A stretch of 64,000 nucleotides of DNA, taken from the NCBI GenBank assembly GCA_022605425.2, contig CM061256.1:434001-498000 (forward strand), in the 5' to 3' direction. A program made the translations under genes and the position numbers. This stretch comes from Hamiltosporidium tvaerminnensis FI-OER-3-3 (taxonomy: Eukaryota; Fungi; Microsporidia). Under the pieces are notes generated by a model that saw only the letters and a list, made by a program, of their open reading frames with translations, had not been told where the DNA came from and did no database searches. Each line of letters starts with the position of its first letter. The stretch's first letter is position 1. Shown piece after piece: positions 13,500-29,159 of this stretch.

Positions 13500-16400
13500 G
13501 ATATTATATGTTAAACTTATATTTTATATTCAATTAACACCTAATAAATGTAGTATTTAATCATGTAACGTTTTTATACTCGATGAAAATGTGCCTTATG
13601 ATCTTTAATTATAAAACTTTATGTTATATAAGATTTAGTTTGTATACTTTCGATGATGTGTTGACGTCAAATTTTAAAAATTTATCGTTAAAGCCATTTT
13701 TCCATACCTATGTTGGATTGTTATTTTTCTTCAGACCCATCTCCAAAGTAAAAAAAAGTATCCGAATTATTCTTGTGATAAAATAAGCTAGAAGTAGAAT
13801 TTCAATCTCATATCTATTTTATATTGGCATATTTTTGTAATACAAAGTAGGACGATGATAACGTAAAATAAAAAAGCAACCCTTTACTTATTTATAAAAG
13901 AATATATTTTAATTTGTGTAAGCATAATATGTCGATAGATACATGTCGTGGATCTTAGCTTGGTTGTAACAATGTATTAACACAAAAATCAAAATAAAAT
14001 ATTGTACCTTTTTACTTTGGATCAGAAGTCTATATTTAAAGCAAAATGTGACTATTTCAAACATGTTTACATAAAGCTTAAATTTATTTTACGCCTAATT
14101 TTTTTTCAATTATAGGTATTGCGATGTAAATTTGCTTGCGGTAAAAAAAAACTTTAAGTCGCATGTGAAATTAAGTGTCCTAAGACTATGCCTTATTCTA
14201 TTTAAGATCTTAATTTCTAAATTATACAGCAATTATAAACTACAGCAAAAGTTTTTCAATTTCGAGTAGCTTCAATTATATTTCTATTATTCTTCATAGT
14301 AATAAAAGTTGGATTTGCGTTCCCTATCCCTAATTTCTTTCAAAGTAGATTTACATTATTATAAAAAGATATTCTTGTTTTAAACTCGCGTGTACAAGTA
14401 GTTATACGTGACCAATAATCTATGTTATCATTAGTTATCTTATCTTAGTAATTTTAGATGGTTCGATGTAGATAACTTCATGGAGTGTTAAGGTTATTTA
14501 TAATTGAATTAATTGTATAGATTCATGATGCTAATTTACAACAATAAGAATCCTGTTTTTAAAATAACAACTCGTAAAAGTTGCATTACACAATCAAATA
14601 CACGGGAGATGAAATGTAAGTGAAAAAAACAAAAATTATACGAATTTTTAACATATCTTTTAAACAGATGGTATTTGAAACTAACGAATTTTAAATAACC
14701 TATATAATTATGCGAAAAAAATCATCGTGCCTTCAATTTTTTTAACTACCCTTAGACCCAAAATAATATACAATTATTCACTAACAACTATATTTTTATT
14801 CTATGATAAGTGCTTATATAATTATAGATATACATTTCAAGAATATTTAGGTTCTAAATTGAAGTTAAAATGACAAAAAAATTCTAATGTGTCATTCGAT
14901 CAATTATTTTTTAATAATGTATAGTTTTTAAAACGTAATTGTGTCATTGTACAGAATATTTATCAATATGCGTATAATATGTTAGAAAAATAGATATATT
15001 TCTACTCAGAATTTATGTTTATTTGCCTCAATATATCCACATATTGCTAGCATAAAAATTCCATTCAACAAAGATCTATCATTTTTCGAAAGGAACCGGC
15101 TTTTTTTGTAAAATTTTTCAAAGAAATCTTTATAGGAAGTAACTATAACATGTATAACACTTTTTCTATTTCCTAAATAAGGATTTTATATTTTTTAAAA
15201 TTTCTTTTATCATTTATTTAATAATATGATCTAACTTTTTAAAAAACTAATTCTATAATGAATTTATATTGTTTCAAAAAAATTTAGAATACTAGTACAG
15301 GGTATTGTAAATAGATATGCTGTTGTTAGAAATAATATAGAGCTTCAAATAAAAAATGTTATGCGTCGATTTTGTTTTATAAATATTGATCTGCACTGTC
15401 TGAAATACTTACTTGAAAGATGCAATTGTTTGTACATAGTGACTCAATGTGAGTCGTTATTATTATTTTTAAAGCTGAAAATATTAATAATAAAAAAAGA
15501 ATTGTATATATTTTAGAATACGATAATATTGTACTAAATTAATAACTTCTAAATAAAAGTGGATTTTGTTCGTAATGTCGGGTTTTTATATTCTTTCGAC
15601 TTTAAACAAAGTTGAATGCAATATTTGTTAACCTTTTGTCAGGATAGATGAAGAAATATATTTTTAGCGTAAGTTGAACTATATACGCTTTTGCGGTAAA
15701 CATATCTTTTCAAGTTTATTTTTCTTTGTGTTACAGCATTTTATGGCAGAATAGTGATAATATATAGCTGTTTGCGAAGTTACTATATCTTGTATATCAT
15801 CAGTAGAAGTATTTCTGTATTATTAGAAACATCACCGTTCAATACACCATGTTAGATGTAAACATATGAATCAAAAAGTCATATTTGAATCAGGAAAGAA
15901 TACATAAATAGTTTGAAATTTTTTTAATAAACTTAAATCGATTATAAGTATAATTTACAAATCATTGCTATTGATGTAGAAAATTTTCGTAGTTTACTCT
16001 TAAGTGAAATATTGTTTCGGTATATTAAAATCCAGAAAACGTTTTCAGGTATATGTCTTTTATTAACGTAGTATACTTTTTATTAATGATGATAATGATT
16101 AGAAACTAAGCTCACACAATCATATCTAAAATACATATTCGAGGTATAGATATTGTTAAAATCAAATGTTTGAAATGTCCTGTTCTGGTTTTACTATTTA
16201 TATTTTCAAACGAATAAATATTTATATTTTAAGCCTAAAATAAATCTTATCCGTTGTGGTAAGTTTTTGGCAAAGCCGTTCGCAAGCGTCTGGTTCTTAA
16301 ATTTTCTCTGATATTGAACTGTTGTTTTTTTTGTAAAGTACTTGAATAAATATGGGAATAAAATCCAAAACACAAATTATAGAGCATAGATTTCCTTAGA

Positions 16401-16526
16401 AATAATTCCACTTTACCTTCGTTATTTTTTGCAACTCAAAATATCATAATTACAACATTTAAGGTGAGACGAAGCATTCTATCTAAAAAAATAATCATTT
16501 AGATACATTTTTATTTCTATGTAAAT

Positions 16527-17239
16527 GGTGGTGGAAAGATAACCCCTTAAAAAGCTTTTGCTTGGCAATGAGTATGTGAAACTGATATGAAACCATTGTT
16601 TGAATTTTAGGTAAAAATTAAACTATTATTTATTTGGTTGCTCCATATGATTTGTATTAGAAAGAAGGTCTATGAAATCGCGAAACGTTTTCTATAGTTT
16701 TATTTATAGTTTTTTATGTAACTATATTGTAGACCACAGTTGAACATATGGGTAAAAGCCATGTAAAAGCATTAAAACCCAACTTTGCGCACTTGAGTTA
16801 GAAGAGCGGCGCTTGGAAAATGCAAAAAACAAAACCATTTCAAACCGGAAATACCAAGTAGTAAGTTATACTAGTTGATATGACCTGGCACTGTCTAGGT
16901 GGATCCCATGTAAGTCTCTAAAACATATATTTGGTAGAAGTTAATAAGGTTCAGAAAGTGTAGAGTATGTGAGCATGCAGCATAGTCTTAGGAGATCAAG
17001 GGGGTTTGGCCTTCGATCGCACTCCATTCCACGACATTTACAAACTCTTGGCTCCTGCTTCGCCTAGGAAAGATTCTACACACTTGGTAGATGAAAGGCT
17101 TTGGAACGTAGGTATCGCAGGGTGAAGAGAACTGGTATTGGGGCAGTAGTTATTTATGCTAAACCTATAACTACGTACACGCTACGTAAACAAATATAAC
17201 ACTTGACACTGTTTTAAAGAGATTTATACTTTTAAAAAA
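16527..17239 (+). mobile_element. ~720-bp non-coding retroposon, family A copy 2 (most diverged)
   Basis: Starts GGTGGTGGAAAGATAACCCC..GCTTGGCAATGAGTATGTGAAACTG. Shares GCACTGTCTAGGTGGA, GGCCTTCGATC, GGTAGATGAAAGGCTTT and CAAATATAACACTTG in order with the other copies. Confidence 0.85.
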
Positions 17240-20200
17240 TGTTATTTTAGTATTAGCATCTTATTAATTATGAATACAAATCTTGTATTATATTTAATTT
17301 CGAATTGCCTGAAAAATTGCTGCTCTTGATATATAGCATTTCGTAAGCTTTAGTGCGAGACTATTAATATTAAACCATTATATAATTTTTAATATATACC
17401 GTAACTTTAAGTATCGTTTCATTTTGAAGTATTTGGCAATTTCATTATTTTTTAGCGCTTATTCTGCAACATTTTTTTATAAATAACGTTTTATCAAGAG
17501 CTATCTTTTTTCCCAATAAGTCAGTTTAGTGATTTCATAGTATGATATATTGCGAAAGAAACGATTTCGAATCGAGTTTTGATAATATTTAAATACACAC
17601 AAAGGCTTTAAACCCGAAAATTCTCGCATATATTCTAATTATAAAATTTATAAACTTAAAATCAAGATGAATGCAATTTGTAAACAAGTTCTAGTTCTCA
17701 GAGAGCAACTTTATGAACTTTGGAAGAACGAAAGCAAAGAAAAAATCTATAAACTATTCTTAGAAAATTAAATATTTGAATCATATATTAACACAATTTC
17801 AAGGGTTTTAACAGTAATTCTTAATAAATGTGCAATCTTCCATATTTTACGCGTTTTACGATGAATTTTTTTTTATGATATTAGTCGAAAAAATATTACA
17901 ATTAAAATTTTCAATATGTTTTACTTAAAGGCTATATTATAAATAATTTATTAAAAGATCTTAACAGATATAACAATTTAGACTGTAAACCATGCGCTTT
18001 AATATACAGAAACCATAAGGTTATGGATCGACATAATGATACAGATTAATGTTAATTAGAAGATTTAAAATATTTCAAAATATGGTGAAAAAACAAACAT
18101 ATAAATAAATATAATAGTCAAAGATTTAATCTTTGAAATCTCCCTACATTTCTACAGTAATATAATTCGTTAAGAGATTTTTTTTGAAATTTAAATCATT
18201 GGAATTATTTTAACATAATGAAATTAAACAATTAATATTCCAGGCAAACGAGGAAATAAATAAAATCTTAGATAGACATTCTTTAATATCTTTTAATGCC
18301 GGATATATTGCCACCTATTGATAATTTCTTAGTAAACTTGTACATTTTCAGTCTAAGGTTAAATCTTCTTGATTACAATCTATTTTATTTAAAAAAATCT
18401 TAGAGCGTTACACTTTCATCATACAATGTTATATTTGCATTGATAAACTAGAAACCAAGTTATTTATCTGCTTTATATTTAAAATACACCAAATGCTCTT
18501 TGGTAAGTTGAATTTGCAAAATATTATTGATTTTAAATTCTATGATATAAGCAAAGCCAAGGTAGCATATGATGATTTAGTTGATCGATGTACAATAGTA
18601 TATTTCTTTCTACTATGTTTTCTGCAGTTTTATTTTTCATTTTTTAAGTAATGATCAATAACTGGAGTATTTATTCAATTTTAGCAAAGTACAACTTTTA
18701 AATAAATAATTTTAAATCAAATTTTAGAATTGTCATATTTACAAGTAAATGTTAAACCCGGCGGTTTTTACTCACTTAAAAACGAATATACATAGATATT
18801 AGGCTTCTTTAGAAACTTGATTGATAATATAGTTAGGAACAAAATTATAACTAATCGCTTTCTCGCGGTCAAAGGTTGCATCACCTTTGCTAACAATCTA
18901 CACAGTAAAGAATAAGAAGAGATTACTATACTTGACTAAGAAACGCTATGGTTTGTCAATTCCAAATCCGTATAACAGACAAAAAAAGATTTTTAATTTT
19001 CTGGATCCAAAGTGAAAATACTGGACATTTACTATATTTTGATATTAATTTTACGTGCTTGTGTCTATTTGATTATTTGATTTTGCTAAGTTACTTATTA
19101 TATTTCACTATTTATATATTTTTCCTAACACATAACAAAGTTAAATTACTAAAATAAACCGTGGAAGGCTAACATATTTTGTGCAGTAACTTAAATAATA
19201 GCTACAAATATCTACATGATGTAAATCATAAAAAGCTATGCTTTTAAATTTATGCAGCTTTTCAATTTTATAAATTTTTTGTACTTTATTAAATAAATTA
19301 AACCTAAGTATATTCATATTAGATGTTTGGTAAGTTGTAGTAAATACGTTCCAAAATTTGATCATAACTATGTTTTTATTTATAAAAGAGACTTAATAGC
19401 TCAAATAAAACAATTCGAATTAGAAATGATTCAAAATATTCTTTATCTAAACATATTTTCTAATTTCTAAGGCGAAAGATGCCAAAGTAAAAACTTTCTT
19501 TTATTCGAGCTAAAAAGTTACTTGTTTTATAATAACATTTTACATTATATTTTAATCTCTAAATTGAGCTATAGAATTTACTCTTTTTTTTTCATATCTC
19601 TATTTTTATAACCAGCGTGAATCCTTTTCAGAAAACAATCAATTATTTTTAACAAAATCCCAATATTACGATTGGAGCACAAAATTATAATAGTTTCGAA
19701 TGCTTAAAAAACATAATCGAAATTTTGAAGATAAAAATTTCAAATTTTACTGTGCATATATTTGAAATAGAATTAAAATAAGAATTTGGTTGAAACCTAT
19801 TATAAAAAAATAAAAATTTATCTAAAAAATTTCTTATTGCGAACAAATTAGATTTTGTCATTTTTCTAGCAAGACAGTAATTTACGTTTAGGTTGAAATT
19901 TTCCTAACTTAAAAAAATAGTAGGCCAATAAAGGAATAAAAATTATATAATCTTATGCGTGATAATGGTACTTTAAATAAAAATCAAAATCCTTGACTAC
20001 ATTTAAGGTCATTTATAATATACATCGATTGGTAAAGTACGCCAAAAGTGGTGAAATTGATTCCAATTGTGCGAGGGTATGAATCTATCAAAACAGTATT
20101 CAAAAAAAAATATAAGTGAATAAAGCCAAAAGAAATTACTCAAAAATAATATTTATTGAGATACATAGTAAGCTATTGTATCGACCGAAAACATTATTAA

Positions 20201-23200
20201 ACTTACAGAGCCTTTATATAAAACATTTTAGCTAAAAAATATATAATTCAAAGAGAAATATATATGCTAAAAGAGTAAAAAATCATAATAACGAAGTGGT
20301 GTACATGCGTTATCCGAAAACTAAGTATTTCTAAGTACAAATTTTTGCAGTCAAGAATACAATTTTAATTTATCAAATCATGCTGTTTCCGGGTCTGGTA
20401 CGCTTGAAACTAATTATAAACAAGGTTTGCGTAAAAGAAAAAACAATTTATCTTTACATTGCAAGAAGACTTCAAAAGGCCTGAACTATATGTTTTTAGG
20501 GCCCAGAAAATTATTCGCAAATTAACTAGCTAAATGAAATACATAATTCTGTGATATTATTCATACCGAAAAATAATAATTTTCTAGAAATTTATAAACT
20601 ATAAATATATTTTAAAATTGCAGAGAGGGTTGTCAAAAACGAATAATACTGATTCTTTTAGTTCTAAAAAGCAGTATAAATCAAATGATAGAGGAATGAA
20701 GGCCGGAAGACGATCTAGTTTTAGAGACGTACTCAAAGTTAGCTGCCTTTCAGAGAATTACAGCAGCTTCTTGCAAATAAAAAAATCTAAATATTATTTT
20801 GGATTTCCTAAAGATAGTTTTCTATGCTATAATTTTGATAAAGCGAAACACTTACTGTATTATAGAGGTCAATTATTTAGCTATTGTACAGCGTAGATAA
20901 AATGCGCTACATCTTTCCCTTCCAAAGTCAGTATGGCTTTTAATGGAGAAAGCCTTTGCGTCTAATGAACTTTATGTTTCTAAGAAAGTTGAATTTAATG
21001 CAAAATTATATTTTCTTCGCAATTATTATTTTAGTGAAGAATTTATATGTCGTAAATGTACATACTTTTTCTAAATTTCAACAAGAATTAAATCTTCTAT
21101 CTTGAATCACGATATTACACTAGCATAATTAAACAAATCCTCAGAATGTAAGTGTTAAAACTGTTTATCCGAAACGAATACGTAGCCAATTTAAACCTAT
21201 TCTTAAAATATGCGTTACAAAAAATTAAGTATTTATCGAAAGCTTCTCGCATACATTTTTAAGTATTCTAAATTACTTTTTGAAAGGTCGAAGATTTTGA
21301 ATTACACAACAGAGACAAGCATCCTAATTTTTTAAGTTTTGATAATATTTTCTATACACTTTACGAAATATTGTAAATAGAATTGGGTGTATTTCTTAAA
21401 AAATTTATTCAGAATAGTCACCTAATCCAAAATCTAGTATATAAATGGATAATATTTATTCATGCTATCGTATTCTTCCTTGCATTTCTTCATTTGCATG
21501 TGTTTTTTTCACATTTGTATATTCGTCGCGTCTCTCATATTTTCTATAGCAGGATCTAATAATGAGAAATAAGCTATTTAAAGTACATTTTAATGTGAAC
21601 GCCCTTCCATTGATTAATACATTGAAATTGATTGTTTTTGAATTATATTCTACATATAATTGTCCTTCACTGGAACTCTTCTGATTAAAAATACAATTCA
21701 TTTTGGCAGACATATTAAGCATTTAACCAAAAGCTAAATCAGAAATGTTTTATATACTTAGCCTTATAGATACTTAATATATAAGTTTATGCAAACTTTT
21801 CTAAAGTACATTATTTAAGGTGGTAGATTACCATATTTTTATTCCATGCAGTATAATATCAGTTTAACTAAAAACTATAATTTTATCTCATACAAAAACA
21901 AGGTGTTGTTGATATATATTTTTTTTGCGATATATCATTGAAATTTCATTATATATATTATTTTTTTAATTTCGAACAAAAAAAATCTTTTAGATTCAGT
22001 ATTTTGGAAATTAGAATGAGAAAATTTAAATTATATCCTAACAATACATTTATTACATGAATATTTTTTATTTTAAATTACAATGGTGCAATTATATAGA
22101 CTACTTGCAGATATATATTTATATTTCAGAGAAAATGTGTTATAGATATTTAGAAATAGCGTCGACAAACCTAATCTTTTTTTCCAATATTGTGAACGTT
22201 GGTTTAAAAACAACATGTATTTTAAAATAGAAAAATATCTTTTACGTTTGTAGATTTAATATGCTATATTGTTTAAATGATTCATTAAAAGCGAAATATC
22301 ACTATTATCGAGGCATAAAATACTATTAAAGTTTGTTAGCAAGTCACAAGTCTAAAATAGAAAAGAAGCTAAAAATACGTTATTAACCAAAAGTAAAACT
22401 CTTTTATAAATTGCCGATACTTAAATAAGTGTTAAATGTTTTTTCTTATCAGCATTATACGAAAGGTAATAGTAAATCCGAATTTGTGTCACTCAATAGG
22501 TTTATGTTGTCAAATAGAATACATTATTATAAGGATTTTATTTTTTAAATATAGTATCAAGTTAAGCTAGAAATGTGTTATTGTGTAAGTCAAAAAACTT
22601 CTCGCTGTTTATTAAAATAAAGTAAGTGTACAGTTGAATTCATATTAAGTTATAAGGTTTAACTTCTTATTTTTAGTAATCTTTGTTGGAATTTTTATTG
22701 AATAATGCAGTAGTTTGAATCTATTATGAAAATACACATCCATATTAAAATAAACATTAAATATTTAGTAAGGTAATATATAAAATTAGAAAAGTAAATT
22801 CTACAATAAAATATATTCAATGCGTTCCATTTCTGAATAATGTAGTATTGAAGATTTTAAGAAAGAATTAATTAGAAACATATGCTTTGATAAAAAAACA
22901 TGTAAATAGTTAGATATATGCACAACACTTGTAGAGAGACTTCGAATTACTTCTGGGACAATTTAAAGAACATAATAAATCTCAGCACAAAATCTTAAAA
23001 CTTATATGAATACGAAGATATATTATTGAAAGCTAGAAAATCGAGGAAATGCTAAAAAAGACTTTGGTCACCTGCAGCAAAAAGCCTCAAAAAGCCCAAT
23101 TCCTATTAACGCAATTTTCTTGATAACAGCAATTGTATACCATTAAAATTCTAATTTGAATAAAAGTTTCCAATTATAATAAAGCTGACATAGTACAAAT

Positions 23201-26200
23201 AAAAAATAAGTTTTCGAGGTGGTGCAAAAGAAGACCAGGCTGCTGGCCAAGTTTCTTGAAATATTTGAACATTTCGTATTATATATTTTCAAGACATATC
23301 TGTCAAAAAATTTATCATTCTTTGAATAATTATTATCATGTATTACATAGACTTATAAGCATATGAATTTTAAAACTATATTTTCTATAACAAACATTTA
23401 TCAAAACATTATTTATAGCTTATAATAAAATTATGAATTGAGATAAAATCTTTAATATTTAAATAAATATAGCTCTCACGTGTTTATATTTAATTTGTTA
23501 CAAAAAGTAGCTCTAACTATTAGCCCGTACAAAAACTTAATTAAAAGTGTCTTTGAAGAAAATTTAAATGGTCTGCAAAAAATTACATGAATTGCAAATA
23601 AATTTTATAATCACGAATCTTTTATATATTTTTTAAGATTTTAGACTAGTTTAAGATGATATATACAAAAAATTCACTGTATATTTTTGTCTATTAAAAC
23701 TTTAGATGTCGATAAGAAATATTTTTAAAGTCTAAATATAAAAAAAACCCAACTAAAATATTTAGTGTTTAAGGTATACATTATATAACCCGAAATAGCA
23801 AATATATTTACCATCGTTTAAATGTTAAATTTGTATATATTAAACACATATCGACATTTTTATCTATATAGTACGGCTTAGTATTTAATAATATATTAGT
23901 TTTACACTTTAGTTTCTCATATGGCGTATTTGAAGATATTATCTTTGAATTTCAAATATGAACATATGTGTAAAATATATTCTTTCCACAGGTAAAGTTA
24001 AATAAATAAGATTATCTTCTTCTATTGGATTGAGAATTTAGAAATATCGGGGTAAAATATGCCTCCTATAATTGTTCGAAATAAAAACATAACATTTTAA
24101 ATTTAAAGTTTAAATAAAATTATTATGAGTCTATGGATCTATAAACATATTTTTTTTTGTAGATCTCTTTATTAATACTATAGTAATATTTTTATTAGGA
24201 AAGACTTAATCTTTTATCTGTTTAGTTAACAAACAATTCACCATTTTACATTCAATATTTTTCCAAGCAAGTTAAACCGATTCAGAATCCCGATAAAACG
24301 AGATTTGACATTTTTATTAAGAATCATTATTTTTAATTAATCCTAAGATAAGAGAACTTTTTTGCAAAAAAAATCCACAAGTTGGTTTGCTCTGTTAGCT
24401 TTGGTCTTATTTCTTATCATAGTAAAGCTTTTTTAATAAAAAATATAAACGGTTATAAAAAACTAGAGTATTTCTTTTGCGAAAAATATCTTTAGTATGG
24501 CATACCTTTTAATTATACCATTTAATTTATAAGAAATATCTACTTTTATACAATAATGGAACATTTTTTATATTTTTACGCCGAGCTTTTAAAGCGTAAA
24601 AAACAATATTTTTTATTAGATAGTAATTTAATGCTGCAATGTATGCTTTAATTTACAAATATTTGTATGTTTGAATATTATTTTGAGATGTTGTGATATA
24701 GTGTTTATGTAAATCCAGCGTTCTAATACGTAAAATACGTTTCTGATTTTATGTTTACCTTTTGTTGATTTTTCATCCCCAGTGATGATTCCCATAAACG
24801 AAAAGTTATACTGTACTTTCATTTCGTTATTTTTAGAAGATGAAACTTATGGTCACTTTTATTTAAATAAATCAAGTTAGAGCCTGATTTATCTGAAAAA
24901 TACAATTTTATTTCTACTTTCTATTTTTTTTGTTGTTTTAAAGTTTTAGGATTTATATTATAAAAGCAAAAACATATATTTACGGTTATTATACAATGAA
25001 GCAAATTCTGCACATAAACTCGCCCATAAAAATACGCTGTTGCAGTCATTATACATTCAAATGGGATAGAGCAAAACAAAAATAATAATAAAGTTCTTTG
25101 GTGAATAATAAATAGAATTCGAGGGCCCACAATGCTTTCTAACAACGAATTTCTATAAAATACAGACAAAAAATCCTTAAATGGTTAGTATAACTAGATA
25201 TATTCAATTTGTATATTTTTGCACGAAAATTTTCTACATTTAAATAATACCATAAAGATGGCTATTATGTTTAATTGTAAAGTACAGATGCTCGACTTAA
25301 CATTGTACCAAATCGAATTTTAGAATCATAATATCATCTAATCGAACTTAAAATATAAGTTCTGGTGCTTTTTATTTTGTATATTTACCGTGTAAAAGTA
25401 TATATCCGGCATAAATGAGGTTTTGATTCTATAAAGCATATTGAACAGAATCTATACAACAATTTTCGCAAAATAGTTAAAGAGTAAAAGTGTTATGATA
25501 TAAATTTTTTATAATATTGATAGATTTCTCAGAAACACAGACATAGAAGCATTATTATAAACTTTGGGATTTGCCAGAATGAAAGATACAAAAATCTAAT
25601 ATAGGATATTTATAAAAATGTATAATTAAAGTTTTAAGTTTATAGACACTTTCATCTTTTCGACACCTCTTTTACCATAGGGTATTTTACAAAGCATTGT
25701 TCTTTTAATACAATTAACAGTACATATTAAACAATTCTGTACGTTTATTAAAAAACACAGATTAGGTTATACTAGGACAAAATGATGTTATTTCAAAAAG
25801 TATTAAATCTAAATTACAGTTTTCATTGAAATTCTAAAATTACCAATTATTATCAAGAAAATAAAAATTAATCATGATAATATATATAAAAATGATGATT
25901 TAAGGATTTTTCTGAATATTTTTTTAGCTTGATGCAAAGTTTTTTTAAATGTTATCAAAACAACAGAAATAGCTTATTTGTTTGCAGATTATTAAAAATT
26001 TAAATATATATTTGTGATAGACATTTATAAAAGGTTAATTCAAGCTCTATATATTTACTATCTATGAAGACTAATAACAATCTTTTACAATCCAGTAATC
26101 TTTTACAATATATATGATATATCTAACTAAATGTTTAAGAAATAAGTCTATGAGAAATGAAGTTCCAAAACAATAGTTTTAATTAACAATTAGGCTAAAA

Positions 26201-29159
26201 GCTGCGTATTTTGCGAAAGTAGAATCTTTATATTATAGATATGCATTCGCAAGAAATAAAAAACGTTTTCATCCCTCATATAAGGCTACCTAATTTGAAA
26301 AATACCTAGAATAAAAACATATAATATCTTACTGTTATATTGTCCTTAATATATCTTATTTGATCGATACAAACAAGATGCATATATAATTCTGTTAAGG
26401 AATTTTATCGTTTTTTAATCAGTGGAAGGCTTCTTTATTTAGTCTTACTATATGTGATTGTTTATTATATAATATTTTGACAGATACTTTTACGAGTCTG
26501 CTCAATATGTTAACAGTGATCTAAAAAATATGAACATGTAACACATACGAAATATTTTCGAATTCTGTGATATAATATTATATAAATTAGTTAATTAAAA
26601 AATAGAATTTTCATATTTTAGAATTTAGCTATGTGAATACTTTGGCATTCCGAGTGCTTAAAAAAGATAAGCGCAAAACCTTATCATCTTGCTTTTGCCT
26701 GCTAGACATTTTAATTTCGAGTTTGATATTCCGTTTTTTGTTACGATGTTTTTGGTTTCATAACCATATCGAATTGTTATAATTAGTTTTATAATAGTAG
26801 TAACATTTTTCATTCAAATTTATACCTAAATAGTGCTTTGCAATTGAAATTTAAAGACTTATTTAAATAACGTAATAAAACACGAACTAATACAAGTTCC
26901 CACCGCTTTTAATGCTCGTGTTTTTCCGAGAGAATACGATCTTAAGTATCCATGTACATTTGCTTCTAAAATAAACTATCATGTACACTCATATACTCTG
27001 TAAATGATATATTATAAAATATTTCACTTTATATGCTAAAATGAATAATTTAAAACAACGGGCAGTGATATTATGTTAATAGTAATATATAATATAGATA
27101 AAGTATCATTTTAACATATCCGAACCTTTTCTCAAGATGTTTGCATACAAAATTATGTCATAAAAATTATAGGTTCGTATGGAAAAAAGTAGGTTATAAT
27201 GCTACAATCATTATATTTTATACGGTTTGCGTAGTATAGCCTCATAAAAACAAGCTCGAGTTATACTTTACAGATAAATATATTTTTTAAAACAAGATTT
27301 ATATACCACTGAAGATTAACTTTACAACAAGTGGATCTGGATGTATAAGAGAAATACTATTCTAGAAACAAATCTTCTCAGATTATCAAATATACATTAA
27401 ATATTTAAGCTTGTTCATATATAAATATTTTCGCTTTAGAATTGCAATGCAAAAAAATCTTCTTTTTTGATTAATATCTCTAGGCTTAAGAAGTAAAATA
27501 TATTCTATTAATATTCAAATTTATAGTAGAAATTCCTGTTACAATAATGTATAATAATAAATTGACGTTCATCCGTGATATTTTTTCATCGCTATTGTGA
27601 TACCAGCGAACAAATTTATTTTATATAATTTTATTCAAAAAAATCTAACCAAACCTCTCTCTACTTGCTGAAATGGTATTTAGCTTTATAAATTCTTTCT
27701 TAGTGCAAATTTTTGAGCTTAAAATTCCAAATCTAATTAAATCAATTGTAATGATTCAACAGATCTATTGATATGCTACACTTTTTGAAGTGACTGTTGC
27801 TTATCTATAAAAGGATAAATACGATTTCACGGTTTGGAAAATGTACATACTTTCAAAAATATTAAAAGATTACTTAAAAAAATATGTGCGGTAAAAGTGT
27901 GGCAAAACCTGCTTGTAATCTACAATAAGCCCTTTCGATTGGTTTTAGTTTATACGAAAATAATTTTTAAAACGACAATAATTTACATATCAAAGGCATG
28001 TTTTTTTTATGACAAAATCTATTAAATGCAAAGAAAAGTTTTCGGTTCAGAAAAATTTACGGCTAATTCGCAAAAATTTTAAATAAATTATAGATGCAAG
28101 AATAAACCAAAAGAATGATAAATATTTTATATAGCGCCTCAAATTTTTGACTTATATTTTGGATCGTGTATATTTATAATTTTTGAAAGTATTTGTCGGT
28201 TTTTCTATCAGATCTATCTATCACAGCATAAAATAAATTAAAATAAGGTTTTAGTTATGTAATTGTCATTTTTGATTTGAGTTAGATAAAAAAAATCATG
28301 TATTATTTAATGCAAATTACGTTTATAATTCGAAAAGATTGAATCTTTATGGAAACTTAAATGTCGGTTTCATTGAAATCAGAATATTTTATTTGATTAC
28401 ACAAAACTGGATAAAAAAGCGAACAATGCTATAAATATGATGCAAAATATATCTTGAAGCCAGTCTTATTGTATAGGCTTATAAAAATGCGAAGTCTTGG
28501 ATTAAATTTTCGGCTCAGTTGTATCATTCCGACAGAACAACATTTAGTAATTCTCTTCTAAGATTTCCTAAAGATTTTCTAATTCTGTTTGCTTTTTATA
28601 TTAAGATAAGAAAAATATACGTCATATACCAGATACAAATATAATATCACATTGTACAATCTATTATCTACGCAAATTCTTAACTATCACAAAAGGTGAA
28701 AATAAGCTTTTAATTGCCTATTCACGTCACGGATTAGTTCGTATCAAAATAAGGTATTTATCAAAATATTTTATATTTTTAAGTGTCTCGAATATATTAA
28801 TATATTCGAAACGTATTGATAAAATCCAAAAAATGTATAAAAAAGGTATTTAGAGCTTTAACCATGGATTTTATACAAGATTCGATAGTACAAGGAAATG
28901 TTTTTATATATATTTTGCAAGAATATGCCTGTGAAGCTAGATAATTCTTTTACTGAATCTCGGATTATTACATTAAAAAGGATTTTTTCATTTGTAACAC
29001 TTAAGGCAAAGAATAAAAGTTTATGTTCTAAAGTATCATTTCATGTCAGTAATCTCAATAAATAAGTTTTTTTACTAGATTCTGTAAGAAATTTTATACC
29101 TCTCATAAAAATTTGCTTGTAAATCTTTGAATACCAAAATTTTAAGGTATGTTGTAATT

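Noticed and set aside
28788-28809. Perfect 22-bp palindrome TCGAATATATTAATATATTCGA
   Set aside because: It is almost all A/T and single-copy, so it is plausible by chance in 64 kb at this composition.
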